This document shows, piece after piece, positions 10,371 to 19,426 of a DNA stretch of 64,000 nucleotides (its first letter is position 1; each line of letters starts with the position of its first letter). Position numbers and translations under genes: made by a program. The notes below the pieces were generated by a model that saw only the letters and a program-made list of their open reading frames with translations, did no database searches and was not told where the DNA came from. The DNA is taken from contig CAMSCJ010000010.1 of assembly GCA_947056845.1 (NCBI GenBank), positions 4,778-68,777 of the forward strand. The letters are read 5' to 3'. Source of the DNA: an uncultured Mycoplasmatota bacterium. Lineage in GTDB: Bacteria > Bacillota_I > Bacilli_A > RF39 > UBA660.

Positions 10371-10488
10371 ATTTTATAAGTGCTTTTGGGCATTCTGGTT
10401 CATCGATTACAAAAACGAAACAAGCACTACTTCCTAAAGAGGCAACAAATCCAGCAATTGAAGCGATTATTGAAGTTATAAATGACAT
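10369..10488 (-). CDS. agrD: AgrD-like autoinducing-peptide precursor (39 aa), absent from the ORF track
   Basis: Hand translation of the minus strand gives MSFITSIIASIAGFVASLGSSACFVFVIDEPECPKALIK. GGAGGAGG lies about 8 nt upstream. It sits 51 nt downstream of agrB. The layout is an amphipathic leader, a Cys+4 core and an acidic DEPE.PK.L tail, as in staphylococcal and clostridial AgrD. Confidence 0.75.
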   Translation of the reverse strand: MSFITSIIASIAGFVASLGSSACFVFVIDEPECPKALIK

Positions 10489-10539
10489 ATTAAATACCTC
10501 CTCCCTTTTATTCTATGTTTAAATAAAATTTAAACCATA

Positions 10540-11133
10540 TTATAAATATTTCTTATAATTGTTATAAGGCAATTTGAAAATGCGGTAAACGACAGGGGAT
10601 ATCATAAAACATTGCAAAATAATTGCTACTAATAAAGAATTAGCCCAAAAACTATCTTTAATAAATAAAGAACAAATAATCATACAAAGCGCTACCATAG
10701 TTGATATAACTTTTAAAAATAATCTTCTTTTTTTATTAATAATTGGTCTTTTATATGTATCTGCTGGTGCATTCTTGATAATGAATATCAAACCTATTAA
10801 TCCAATTGCTATTTTTAGATAATTTGGGATTTGAACCATTTTGCATACAACTGGAAGAACTATAAAAATTAATAATGATGATACTAAGCAAATCCAACTT
10901 TTTGTTGCATGTAGACCAAATGATGGTATTCTTATAAAATTATAGCATAAAAGAAAAATCAATGTTTCATGTATTAAACCTAATAAATATGAAACGGTTA
11001 AAATAACAATCATTTTTGTTATAAGAATATAGATTGATTCTAAACCATATTTTATAATTTCCAATCTTTCATCATCAAAATTATTATATTTTTGGATAAT
11101 TCCTAGTTGTTTATTTATGATAAAATCTCTCAT
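10540..11133 (-). CDS. agrB: AgrB-family AIP-processing membrane peptidase
   Basis: Polytopic 197 aa protein. FGLHATKSWIC has His and Cys 7 residues apart, like the catalytic H77/C84 spacing of S. aureus AgrB. Confidence 0.8.
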   Translation of the reverse strand: MRDFIINKQLGIIQKYNNFDDERLEIIKYGLESIYILITKMIVILTVSYLLGLIHETLIFLLCYNFIRIPSFGLHATKSWICLVSSLLIFIVLPVVCKMVQIPNYLKIAIGLIGLIFIIKNAPADTYKRPIINKKRRLFLKVISTMVALCMIICSLFIKDSFWANSLLVAIILQCFMISPVVYRIFKLPYNNYKKYL

Positions 11134-11457
11134 AAAATACCCCTTACCTTAATAACCATATCATTTTAGCTTTTACTTAATATTGTATTTTTTATGACCG
11201 AATAATTTTGGCGTTTGAATGTACAACATAACAATCGTTAATTAACATAAATTCCATTTATACAAAAAAACAGACTATTCACACACATAGCATTAAGAAA
11301 AACAAAAAACTTTGATAAAATACAAAGTAAAAATTAATATAATCCTTTTAAAACGATGCAGATAATGTCGGTTTTTGAAGGTTTGATTTTATTGAAAACC
11401 TATAGTTTAAACGGTATATTTATATTGTAAGCGAATTTTACAAGAAGGAGGATTTTT

Positions 11458-11670
11458 ATGAAAGGTAAAGTAAAATGGTTTAACAACGATAAAGGATATG
11501 GATTTATCGAATATAAGGATGGTGAGGATATCTTCGTTCACTATAGTACAATTTTATCGGAGGGATATAAAACATTAGTTGAAGGACAATATGTTGAATT
11601 TGAATTAGTGAGAACTGATAAAGGTTTACAGGCAAAAAATGTTGTCGAAATTAAAACTGCTCTTGTATAG
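11458..11670 (+). CDS. cold-shock protein (CSD family)
   Basis: [16 protein letters not shown] (RNP1) and DIFVHYS (RNP2). RBS AAGGAGG. Long 5' UTR. Confidence 0.9.
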   Translation: MKGKVKWFNNDKGYGFIEYKDGEDIFVHYSTILSEGYKTLVEGQYVEFELVRTDKGLQAKNVVEIKTALV

Positions 11671-11728
11671 TGGTTTTTTTTGTAATTTAATAGAAAGCGT
11701 GATATAATTATTATAGGAGGATGATATT

Positions 11729-12262
11729 ATGAAATTTAATATTAGAGGACAAAAGATAGAAGTCACAGCAGCTATAAAAGAATACGTTGAAAAAAAGATT
11801 GGAAAACTAGATAAGTATTTTGCTAAGGCCGATGAACTAACAGCCAGTATTTTACTAAAAGTTAGGGGTAAAGAGCAAATTGTAGAAGTAACTATTCCAA
11901 TAAAGAAGATTGTTTTAAGAGCTGAGGAAACGCATAAGGATTTATATGCAGCTATTGATTTAGTATCAGAAAAATTGGAACGTCAAATTAGAAAAAATAA
12001 AACAAGAATAGCTCAAAGAAAAAATAAAACTAATGATATAGAAATAAATACTGATTTTGACAACTCGGAAATAGAGGAAACAAAAGATAAAGTGGTTAAA
12101 AGAAAACAAATGGATACAAAACCAATGAGTGAAGAGGAAGCCATTCTACAAATGGATATGCTTGGTCATGAATTTTTTATCTATAAAGATGATGAAAATA
12201 ATAATATATGCATATTATACAAAAGAAAAGATGGCGATTTAGGAATAATAGAAACTAAATAG
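11729..12262 (+). CDS. hpf: ribosome hibernation-promoting factor, long form
   Basis: N-terminal S30AE/YfiA fold (MKFNIRGQKIEVT..., DLYAAIDLVSEKLERQIRK) and C-terminal dimerisation domain (KPMSEEEAILQMDMLGHEFFIY). Located upstream of secA as in Bacilli. Confidence 0.9.
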   Translation: MKFNIRGQKIEVTAAIKEYVEKKIGKLDKYFAKADELTASILLKVRGKEQIVEVTIPIKKIVLRAEETHKDLYAAIDLVSEKLERQIRKNKTRIAQRKNKTNDIEINTDFDNSEIEETKDKVVKRKQMDTKPMSEEEAILQMDMLGHEFFIYKDDENNNICILYKRKDGDLGIIETK

Positions 12263-12284
12263 GATGTTTTATCATCCTTTTTTC
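12261..12284 (+). terminator. terminator or attenuator hairpin after hpf
   Basis: aggatg-ttttat-catcct followed by TTTTTT. Confidence 0.6.
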
Positions 12285-12353
12285 TTCTTATTCTAATAAA
12301 AAACTATTATTTTCTATTCTTTTTTGATAAAATATAGATTAGGAGTTGATTAT

Positions 12354-14849
12354 ATGAAATTTTTAAAAAAGATATTTGATCATGAATATAAAGAACTTGA
12401 AAGATTTAAAAGTATTGCTGATAAAATTGAAACATTAGATTCAAAAATGTCAAAGATGAAAGACGATGAATTAAAAAAACAAACAGAAATTTTTAAAGAC
12501 AGATTATCTAAAGGTGAGACACTAGATGATATTTTGGTTGAAGCTTTTGCAACAGCAAGAGAAGTTGCATATCGAGTATTAGGGGAAAAGCCATTTTATT
12601 CTCAGTTGTTAGGTGCCATTGCAATTCATGAAGGTAATATTGCAGAATTAAAAACAGGAGAAGGTAAAACTTTAACAACAACTTTGCCAGCTTATTTAAA
12701 TGCTTTAGAAGGTAAAGGTGTTCACGTTATTACTGTAAATGAATATTTAACAGAAAGAAATGCTGATTGGATGCGTGGAATTTATGAATTCTTGGGTATT
12801 ACTGTTGGTATTAATAAACATGACTTATCACCCAAAGAAAAAAAAGAAGCCTTTGACTGCGATATAACATATACAACAAATAATGAAATTGGTTTTGACT
12901 ATTTAAGAGATAATATGGTTGTCAAAGCTGAGAATCGTGTTTGCAGGGGATTAAATTATGCGATAATTGATGAAGTTGACTCAATTTTAATTGATGAGGC
13001 TAGAACACCATTGATTATTTCTGGTGGTGTTATGCAATCGGCTAATTTGTATGTTCAAGCTGATAGTTTTGTTAAGCATTTAAAGGAAAATTCTGGGTAT
13101 GTATATGATGAAAAGACTAAAGCTGTTGTATTAGATGAAAAAGGGATTGCTGAAGCTGAAAAGAATTTTAATATTGCCAATCTTTATGATATTCAAAATA
13201 CCAATTTGGTTCATTATATAAATCAAGCTTTGCGAGCTAATTATAGCATGAAAAGAGATATAGATTATGTTGTCTCTGATGGAAAAGTGGTTATCGTTGA
13301 CCCTTTTACTGGACGTTTAATGCAAGGCAGAACTTATTCTGATGGATTGCATCAAGCAATTGAAGCCAAAGAAAATGTAAGTATTCAGCAAGAGACTAAA
13401 ACTTTGGCGACCATTACCTTCCAAAATCTATTTAGAATGTATAATAAACTATCTGGAATGACTGGAACAGCAAAAACTGAGGAAGAGGAATTTAGAGATA
13501 TTTATAATATGTATGTTATTTGTATTCCGACCAATAAGCCAGTTATTCGTGAAGATTGTAAAGATTTGATTTTTGCTACTAAGGATGGCAAATATAAAGC
13601 AATTGCTAAAGAAATAAAGGAAAGGTACGATAAGGGGCAACCTGTTTTAGTAGGAACAATTGCTGTTGAAACTAGCGAATTAATTAGTAAACAACTTAGC
13701 AAAATGCATATTCCACATGAGGTCTTAAATGCTAAAAACCATGCTAGAGAAGCTGAGATAATTGCTAAAGCTGGTGAGAAAAAAGCTGTTACCATTGCAA
13801 CTAATATGGCTGGTCGTGGAACTGATATTAAATTAGGTGACGGTGTAAAAGAACTTGGTGGTTTATGCGTAATTGGAACTGAAAGGCATGAATCACGAAG
13901 AATTGATAATCAGTTAAGAGGTCGTTCAGGACGACAAGGAGATCCTGGTTTAACACAATTTTGTGTATCATTTGAGGATGAACTAATGGTTAGATTTGGA
14001 ACTGACAGGGTAAAACCTATGCTTCAAAGATTAGGATTTGATGGTGAAGCTTCTATTCATAATAAAATGTTGTCTAGTTCTATTGAATCGGCTCAAAAAC
14101 GGGTTGAAGGAAATAATTTTGATGTTCGTAAACAATTATTACAATATGATGATGTTATTAATCAACAAAGAAAAATAATTTATGAAAAAAGAAATATTAT
14201 TCTTGATAGTGAATCAATCCATGAGGTCATTTTAGAAAGTTTTAAAAATCATGTTAGTGATTTAGTCTATGCACATATTAACAGTGATAATAATAAGATG
14301 GCTGACAATGATTTAAGTGAAATGTTAGAGTCGATAAATGAACAATTTTTAAGTGTTGCTATATCTAAAGAAGGATTAGAAGATAAAAATATAGATGAAA
14401 TAATTGATTATATTTATGGTAGATTAGTTGATGAATATGAGCACAAGTTATCAACAGTTCCAGAAGAAATTACAAGAGAATTTGAAAAAGCTATTGCACT
14501 TAGAGTTATAGATACTCATTGGATGGAACATATTAATACGATGTCACATTTAAGAGAAGGTATACATCTAAGAGGTTATGCTCAGGAAAATCCATTACGT
14601 GCTTATACTAAAGAGGGATATGATTTATTTGATCAATTGTTGATGACAATCGATAGGGAAACAACTGTTTACTTAATGAAAGCTGAAATTCGCCAAAATA
14701 TTGAAAGAAAACAAGTAGTTAAGGGAGAAGCTGTTTCAAATAAAGAGAAAGAAACTAAATCTTCGCCAAAGAGGGTTTCTAAAGTTGGTAGAAATGAATT
14801 ATGTCCTTGTGGTTCGGGAAAGAAATATAAACAATGCTGTGGGAAATAA
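12354..14849 (+). CDS. secA: preprotein translocase ATPase SecA
   Basis: MKTGEGKTL Walker A, DEVDSILIDEARTPLIISG, GRGTDIKLG, RQLRGRSGRQGDPG, C-terminal zinc finger CPCGSGKKYKQCCG. ATG 12354 follows AGGAG. Confidence 0.95.
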   Translation: MKFLKKIFDHEYKELERFKSIADKIETLDSKMSKMKDDELKKQTEIFKDRLSKGETLDDILVEAFATAREVAYRVLGEKPFYSQLLGAIAIHEGNIAELKTGEGKTLTTTLPAYLNALEGKGVHVITVNEYLTERNADWMRGIYEFLGITVGINKHDLSPKEKKEAFDCDITYTTNNEIGFDYLRDNMVVKAENRVCRGLNYAIIDEVDSILIDEARTPLIISGGVMQSANLYVQADSFVKHLKENSGYVYDEKTKAVVLDEKGIAEAEKNFNIANLYDIQNTNLVHYINQALRANYSMKRDIDYVVSDGKVVIVDPFTGRLMQGRTYSDGLHQAIEAKENVSIQQETKTLATITFQNLFRMYNKLSGMTGTAKTEEEEFRDIYNMYVICIPTNKPVIREDCKDLIFATKDGKYKAIAKEIKERYDKGQPVLVGTIAVETSELISKQLSKMHIPHEVLNAKNHAREAEIIAKAGEKKAVTIATNMAGRGTDIKLGDGVKELGGLCVIGTERHESRRIDNQLRGRSGRQGDPGLTQFCVSFEDELMVRFGTDRVKPMLQRLGFDGEASIHNKMLSSSIESAQKRVEGNNFDVRKQLLQYDDVINQQRKIIYEKRNIILDSESIHEVILESFKNHVSDLVYAHINSDNNKMADNDLSEMLESINEQFLSVAISKEGLEDKNIDEIIDYIYGRLVDEYEHKLSTVPEEITREFEKAIALRVIDTHWMEHINTMSHLREGIHLRGYAQENPLRAYTKEGYDLFDQLLMTIDRETTVYLMKAEIRQNIERKQVVKGEAVSNKEKETKSSPKRVSKVGRNELCPCGSGKKYKQCCGK

Positions 14850-14910
14850 TTTCATAAATTTTTATAAATTATAGAAAACTGTATAGACAGATTAGTGAAG
14901 AAAGTAAAAA

Positions 14911-14940
14911 GTCAACATTCGATAATGTTGGCATTTTTTT
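14911..14940 (+). terminator. secA terminator
   Basis: gtcaacatt-cgat-aatgttggc followed by T7. Confidence 0.7.
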
Positions 14941-15281
14941 CGTTTACTAGCAAATTTAATTATATTGGTTATATATTAGATTATCGCAACCATTTACTAA
15001 CAAAATATTGGCATATACTTCTTAAAAACTATATGTCGAGTGTTTTAAAAGCTGTTAGTCTTAAAATAGGCAGATTAAAAAGCTTACATTACTTATATCA
15101 AAAAATTAGAATAAATAAAAATTTCTTTATTATGGTTTTATAAAAGGTGATAGTAATAACCAATTTTAGATTAAAGTTATAAAAAATACAATATCAATAT
15201 TGTGTTTTTCTTTAAAGTAATTATCTAGTATTTTTAACTACTAAAAATAAATGTATCATATTACGAGAAAGGAGAAAGATT

Positions 15282-16388
15282 ATGAGAGAAGATATTGAAA
15301 ACATTTATTCAAGAAAGGATGGAAGATTTGAAATTAGATACCATTATGGATATAAAGAAGATGGTACATCTAATTATAAATCTGTATATGGTAGTAGCGA
15401 AAAAGAGGTTATAGAAAATTACAATCAAAAAATTGAAAGGTTAATTAGTGAAAATGATTTATTGATATTTGACAAGTCATATATTGGTTATGATATTTAT
15501 ACATGGCTGAATAATTCGAAAATAAAAAATAAGAGATCAACTAATTCTAATTATCAATATACTTTAAATGCGAGATTAATTCCAAAGTTTGCAAAAGTTA
15601 AAAAGAAAGCATTATCTTTAGAATTGATAAATAAATTTACGACAGATTTATTAGCTGAAGGCTTAGCGCCAAAAAGTATAAAAGATATATTAATAATTCT
15701 ACAACAAATACTAAAAAATGGAGGAACAGATATAAAAATTCCAATGCCTAAAGTACCTAAAGTTGAAATTCAAATATTAAAAAAAGAAGATCAAGCAAAA
15801 TTAGAAAGTAAATTACTTCAAAAGTTAGATACAACTACTTTTGGAATATACTTTTGTCTTTATACTGGTTTGCGTATTGGTGAACTATGTGCTTTGCAAT
15901 GGAAGAATATTGATATAGAAAATAAAAAAATATATGTTAATAAAACGCTTGTGAGAATACAAAATCCAGATAAGGATTCTAAAAAGAAAACTATCATTAT
16001 AATAGATGAACCAAAGTCAACGTCATCAATTAGAGAAATACCTATACCACATTTTTTACTATCCATTATAATTCAACTTGCTAAAGATATTACCCCTGAT
16101 ACATTTTTAATATCTGGCACTTCTAAATTTATTGAGACAAGAACCTATTTTAATAGGTATAAAAAAATTTTAAAAAAAACTAATTTAGACACCTATAACT
16201 TTCATGCTTTAAGGCATACATTTGCTACTAGATGTATAGAGAATGGCTTTGATCCTAAAACTTTAAGCGAGATATTGGGACACTCTAGTGTGAAAATCAC
16301 ATTAGAAAGATATGTACATCCTAGTTATGAAAATAAGGTTATTATGATGAATAATTTAAAACCAATGCTTAATGAGAATATTTCATAA
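15282..16388 (+). CDS. tyrosine-type site-specific recombinase/integrase
   Basis: LYTGLRIGELCAL (catalytic R), HALRHTFATRCIENG (HxxR), GHSSVKITLERYVH (H...Y). N-terminal SAM-like domain. RBS AAGGAG. Confidence 0.85.
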   Translation: MREDIENIYSRKDGRFEIRYHYGYKEDGTSNYKSVYGSSEKEVIENYNQKIERLISENDLLIFDKSYIGYDIYTWLNNSKIKNKRSTNSNYQYTLNARLIPKFAKVKKKALSLELINKFTTDLLAEGLAPKSIKDILIILQQILKNGGTDIKIPMPKVPKVEIQILKKEDQAKLESKLLQKLDTTTFGIYFCLYTGLRIGELCALQWKNIDIENKKIYVNKTLVRIQNPDKDSKKKTIIIIDEPKSTSSIREIPIPHFLLSIIIQLAKDITPDTFLISGTSKFIETRTYFNRYKKILKKTNLDTYNFHALRHTFATRCIENGFDPKTLSEILGHSSVKITLERYVHPSYENKVIMMNNLKPMLNENIS

Positions 16389-16633
16389 TTTTATATATGA
16401 TATGGTCTTTTTTTCTTTTTATAAGAGATAAAATGCCTATGCTAATTATTCTTAAAGTTTATAACTTTGTGATTTTTTGCATAAAAATTGCTATTATAAT
16501 AACATTTTTTCCCAAAATAAGCAATATTTAAACATTATTTTTTTGTCAGAATTATTAAATCTATATATTTTTACTAAACCATAACACAACTATCTATAAG
16601 TTATAAACTTGTAGAAAGATTGAGGAGAAAAAC

Positions 16634-18163
16634 ATGAAGTATGATGATTTATTCATAGAGTCAGGTAAACTTCCTAAACCATTATCAAAGAAAGAAATAT
16701 ATTCTTATTTAGAACAATATAAGTGTGGAAATTTAAAAGCTAGGGAGCAAGTAATAATTCATAATATTAGATTGGTATTGCATCAAGTAAATAAAAAGTT
16801 TGCAAATACACCTTATGATAAAAAAGAATTAGTCTCAATAGGAATAGTAGGTTTAATAAAAGGTGTAGATACATTCGATACTGATAAAAATTTTGAATTT
16901 GCTACATATGCAATAAGATGTATCGATAATGAAATATTAATGTTTCTAAGAAAAGGGAAAAAATCTGCTTTTGACCAAAGTATTAATACTCCAATAGGAA
17001 TAGATAATGATGGAAATGAAAAAAGGATAGAGGATATTTTAGAAGATGAGGCATCAGATTTTGCTTTAGAATATGAAAATCAAATTACTTATAATGAAGT
17101 GAGGGAAATCGTTTATAGTTTACCAGATAGAGATAGAGAAATAGTATTACTTCATTTTGGATTTGTTGATGATCATATATATACACAAAAAGAAATTGCG
17201 GATAAGCTAAAAATCTCTCAGTCGTATGTATCAAGGTTGATAGGAAAAATTGTTGCCAAAATAGGAATACAATTGCAAAAAAGTGGTGTAATGGAAACCG
17301 CTGGTAACCGAACTAAAAATATAAAATTAAATAAATCATCACAAACATCTAATGTTGTGCCTATAATAGATATCCAACCACAAGAAATGTTAGAGAATGT
17401 TAACCAAGATAAGGGTTTTAGAGAAAAATCTAGTATAAATGGAGAAGAAAGGAATTTTAAAAAAATGAAAGGTAAAAAATTACAATCAATATATGAATAC
17501 CTAAAAGGATATACAAGGAAAGAAATAGATATAATGTTAAGCAAATTAACAGAGGAGGAAATGTCTTTAGTAAGATTAAGATATGGTGACAATTTAGATA
17601 ATCCAGTTGCTTCATCAACATGGGGAAAAGAAGAAACAAGAAAATTTTATGGTAGTTTAATCCCTAAGATGAAAAGATTATTATCTAATCCAGAAGGAAA
17701 GAGAAAAAAATATACTAAAAGAACACAAAATATTTCAGGCGCAAATAATCAATCTAGTATTCTTTTATCAGAAGAACCAAAAGTAGAAGAAGTAACTCAA
17801 CCAGAATTGATTTCACAAAAAGTTGAAGATTCAAAAACAATTTTGCCTCAAACAACTTCAGAAATAGAAAAAGATGATTGTTTGAAAATTTTAGAATTAA
17901 TGAGAACACCAAGTTTTGGGGAAATGTTAAAATCATTAACACCAAAAGATGCAATAATAATTTGCTTAAAATTAGGATATGTAGATGGAAAATATTTTAC
18001 AACAGAGTCAGTAGCAGGTTTTTTAGGAATAGAAACAAGTGAAGTCATAGAAACTACAAAAAAGGTATTATTAGTTTATAAAGAAAATATAAATCAATTT
18101 ATTGATAAAGCTGTTGAAGTTGCAACAGGCTCTTCTTTAGTTTTAAAAAAGAAGGAAAATTAA
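16634..18163 (+). CDS. SigE/SigK-like sigma-70 family factor with a ~290 aa C-terminal extension
   Basis: Residues about 10-215 look like a complete sporulation-type sigma: LPKPLSKKE, HNIRLV, SIGIVGLIKGVDTFD, FATYAIRCIDNEILMFLR, region 4 HTH QKEIADKLKISQSYVSRLIGKI. The extension carries two further region-4-like segments: LTEEEMSLVRLRYGDNLDNP and LTPKDAIIICLKLGY...ESVAGFLGIETSEVIETTKKVL. Confidence 0.8.
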   Translation: MKYDDLFIESGKLPKPLSKKEIYSYLEQYKCGNLKAREQVIIHNIRLVLHQVNKKFANTPYDKKELVSIGIVGLIKGVDTFDTDKNFEFATYAIRCIDNEILMFLRKGKKSAFDQSINTPIGIDNDGNEKRIEDILEDEASDFALEYENQITYNEVREIVYSLPDRDREIVLLHFGFVDDHIYTQKEIADKLKISQSYVSRLIGKIVAKIGIQLQKSGVMETAGNRTKNIKLNKSSQTSNVVPIIDIQPQEMLENVNQDKGFREKSSINGEERNFKKMKGKKLQSIYEYLKGYTRKEIDIMLSKLTEEEMSLVRLRYGDNLDNPVASSTWGKEETRKFYGSLIPKMKRLLSNPEGKRKKYTKRTQNISGANNQSSILLSEEPKVEEVTQPELISQKVEDSKTILPQTTSEIEKDDCLKILELMRTPSFGEMLKSLTPKDAIIICLKLGYVDGKYFTTESVAGFLGIETSEVIETTKKVLLVYKENINQFIDKAVEVATGSSLVLKKKEN

Positions 18164-18376
18164 GTAATACCATATTTATAAAAAATAATAATATTGGTCT
18201 GAATTTAATTATATAATTGATACTAATTATTAAACAATAAAAAATCACAAAGTAAATCACTTGTAGAAAAAAATGATTAAAAAATCATGTTTTTACTGTT
18301 AATTTAGTAAAACATAAGAAAATTATTGATTTTTTTAATAAAAAAGTGTATTATAAATGTCAAATTTGGTGTAAAA

Positions 18377-18407
18377 AAAATCACAAAGTGATTTACTTTG
18401 TGATTTT
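18377..18407. promoter_or_regulatory. perfect 13-bp inverted repeat (operator or 5'-UTR hairpin) 14 nt upstream of the TPR operon start
   Basis: aaaatcacaaagt-gattt-actttgtgatttt. The same 13-mer recurs at 18241-18253 and, reverse-complemented, at 16464-16476 upstream of the sigma gene. Confidence 0.45.
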
Positions 18408-18421
18408 ACTAAAGGAGGTTA

Positions 18422-19426
18422 ATGATGGAGATTATATCAAGTGAAAAAGATGCCTACTTTAAAGGAATAGAATTTTGGAATAATAATGATTATAGAAATG
18501 CTCGTTATTATTTTGAGATGGCTTATAAATATCATGGCCAATTTGGAGATTTATCCTTATCTCGATTAATTCAAATAGATTTAAGAGAAGGAAAATATGC
18601 AAATGCAAGAAGTCTTTTAAAGAATAATCAAAGTAATGTTATAGAATTTAAACAAGTATATGGATTATTAGAAAATATAGAAAATAATTTTGAGAGAAGT
18701 AAAACCTATTACAGCCAATGTATGGCCGATCCATATATGCAAAATAAATCATTACTCGCTATATCAAAGTTATATATTCAGACAGGGGATAATGAGATTG
18801 CAAGAAAAATGTTAGAAACTCTACAATTAAATAGGGAGTTTTATACTCAATCTACAATTGGTTTAGTATGCTTAAATATACTTGAGCAGAATTATAAAGA
18901 CGCTTATAAATATTTAAAATCGATAAATTTTAAGCTCTTGACACCAAAATTGCTTCATCATTATAAAATACTAGAAATGTATTTGCTTAAAAATTTAGGG
19001 AAATTAAGACAATCAGATAATAGTTTTGATCCAGTAAAAGATTATATGATATATCGTTTGTTTGACGATAGTGAAGACTTGCTTTTGAGTCATATAAGTA
19101 AACACATGAATCAAAGGGAAAAATCTACGAATGGGTGTTTTTTCAAATATATTGATTTAAAAAAGTTATTAATAGATGCTAGAGAAAAAATAGAGAACAT
19201 GAACTCAAATCATTTTGAAGTTTCAGATATGTATAGATTTAGATTAGACACACCAATTGGTTTTAAGGGTGATAAAGAAACTTGTGATTTATGTGTTGTT
19301 ACTATGATTGGAACAAAAGACATTTTAACAATGTATCCTGTTTTATTATCTGATGAATTTGATAGAGAAGGTATGCTTGAAAGTAAAGACCTTTTACTAA
19401 AAAAACAAGGAGGAGTTAGAAAATGA
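18422..19426 (+). CDS. TPR-repeat protein with an uncharacterised C-terminal domain
   Basis: N-terminal TPR-like helices (GIEFWNNNDYRNARYYFEMAYKY...). C-terminal ~130 aa has no motif I recognise. RBS AAGGAGG. The stop overlaps the next start (ATGA). Confidence 0.55.
   Translation: MMEIISSEKDAYFKGIEFWNNNDYRNARYYFEMAYKYHGQFGDLSLSRLIQIDLREGKYANARSLLKNNQSNVIEFKQVYGLLENIENNFERSKTYYSQCMADPYMQNKSLLAISKLYIQTGDNEIARKMLETLQLNREFYTQSTIGLVCLNILEQNYKDAYKYLKSINFKLLTPKLLHHYKILEMYLLKNLGKLRQSDNSFDPVKDYMIYRLFDDSEDLLLSHISKHMNQREKSTNGCFFKYIDLKKLLIDAREKIENMNSNHFEVSDMYRFRLDTPIGFKGDKETCDLCVVTMIGTKDILTMYPVLLSDEFDREGMLESKDLLLKKQGGVRK

Noticed and set aside
11225-11250. Direct repeat AACATAA-N12-AACATAA about 90-115 nt upstream of agrB, plus an ATCGTTAAT word, considered as LytTR (AgrA) binding boxes
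   Set aside because: The repeat period is 19 bp rather than the 21 bp (9 + 12) typical of LytTR sites. The match to known consensus sequences is partial, so it cannot be called without footprinting or comparative data.
13449-13795. Antisense ORFs inside secA, and similar 60-130 aa antisense or out-of-frame ORFs inside the ATPase, sigma, TPR, addA, dacB and other genes in the track
   Set aside because: They are fully embedded in long, motif-supported genes, lack an RBS, and have Ser/Leu/Ile/Phe-rich composition typical of antisense frames in AT-rich DNA.
14895-15143. 82-aa ORF between secA and the integrase gene
   Set aside because: It starts inside the secA terminator hairpin, has no RBS, and its sequence is low-complexity and AT-driven. 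It is most likely non-coding.
15186-15200. Possible att-like repeat: ATACAATATCAATAT (15186-15200) versus ATACAAATTCAATAT (22062-22076), flanking the island
   Set aside because: Only 13 of 15 positions match, in extremely AT-rich DNA, which is easily chance. The island boundaries therefore remain undefined.
18273-18302. Mini-ORF MIKKSCFYC in the intergenic region before the TPR operon, considered as a possible signalling peptide for TPR (RNPP-like) receptors
   Set aside because: It has no Shine-Dalgarno sequence, is only 9 codons long with no export signal, and coincides with an atgatt/aatcat hairpin. There is not enough evidence.
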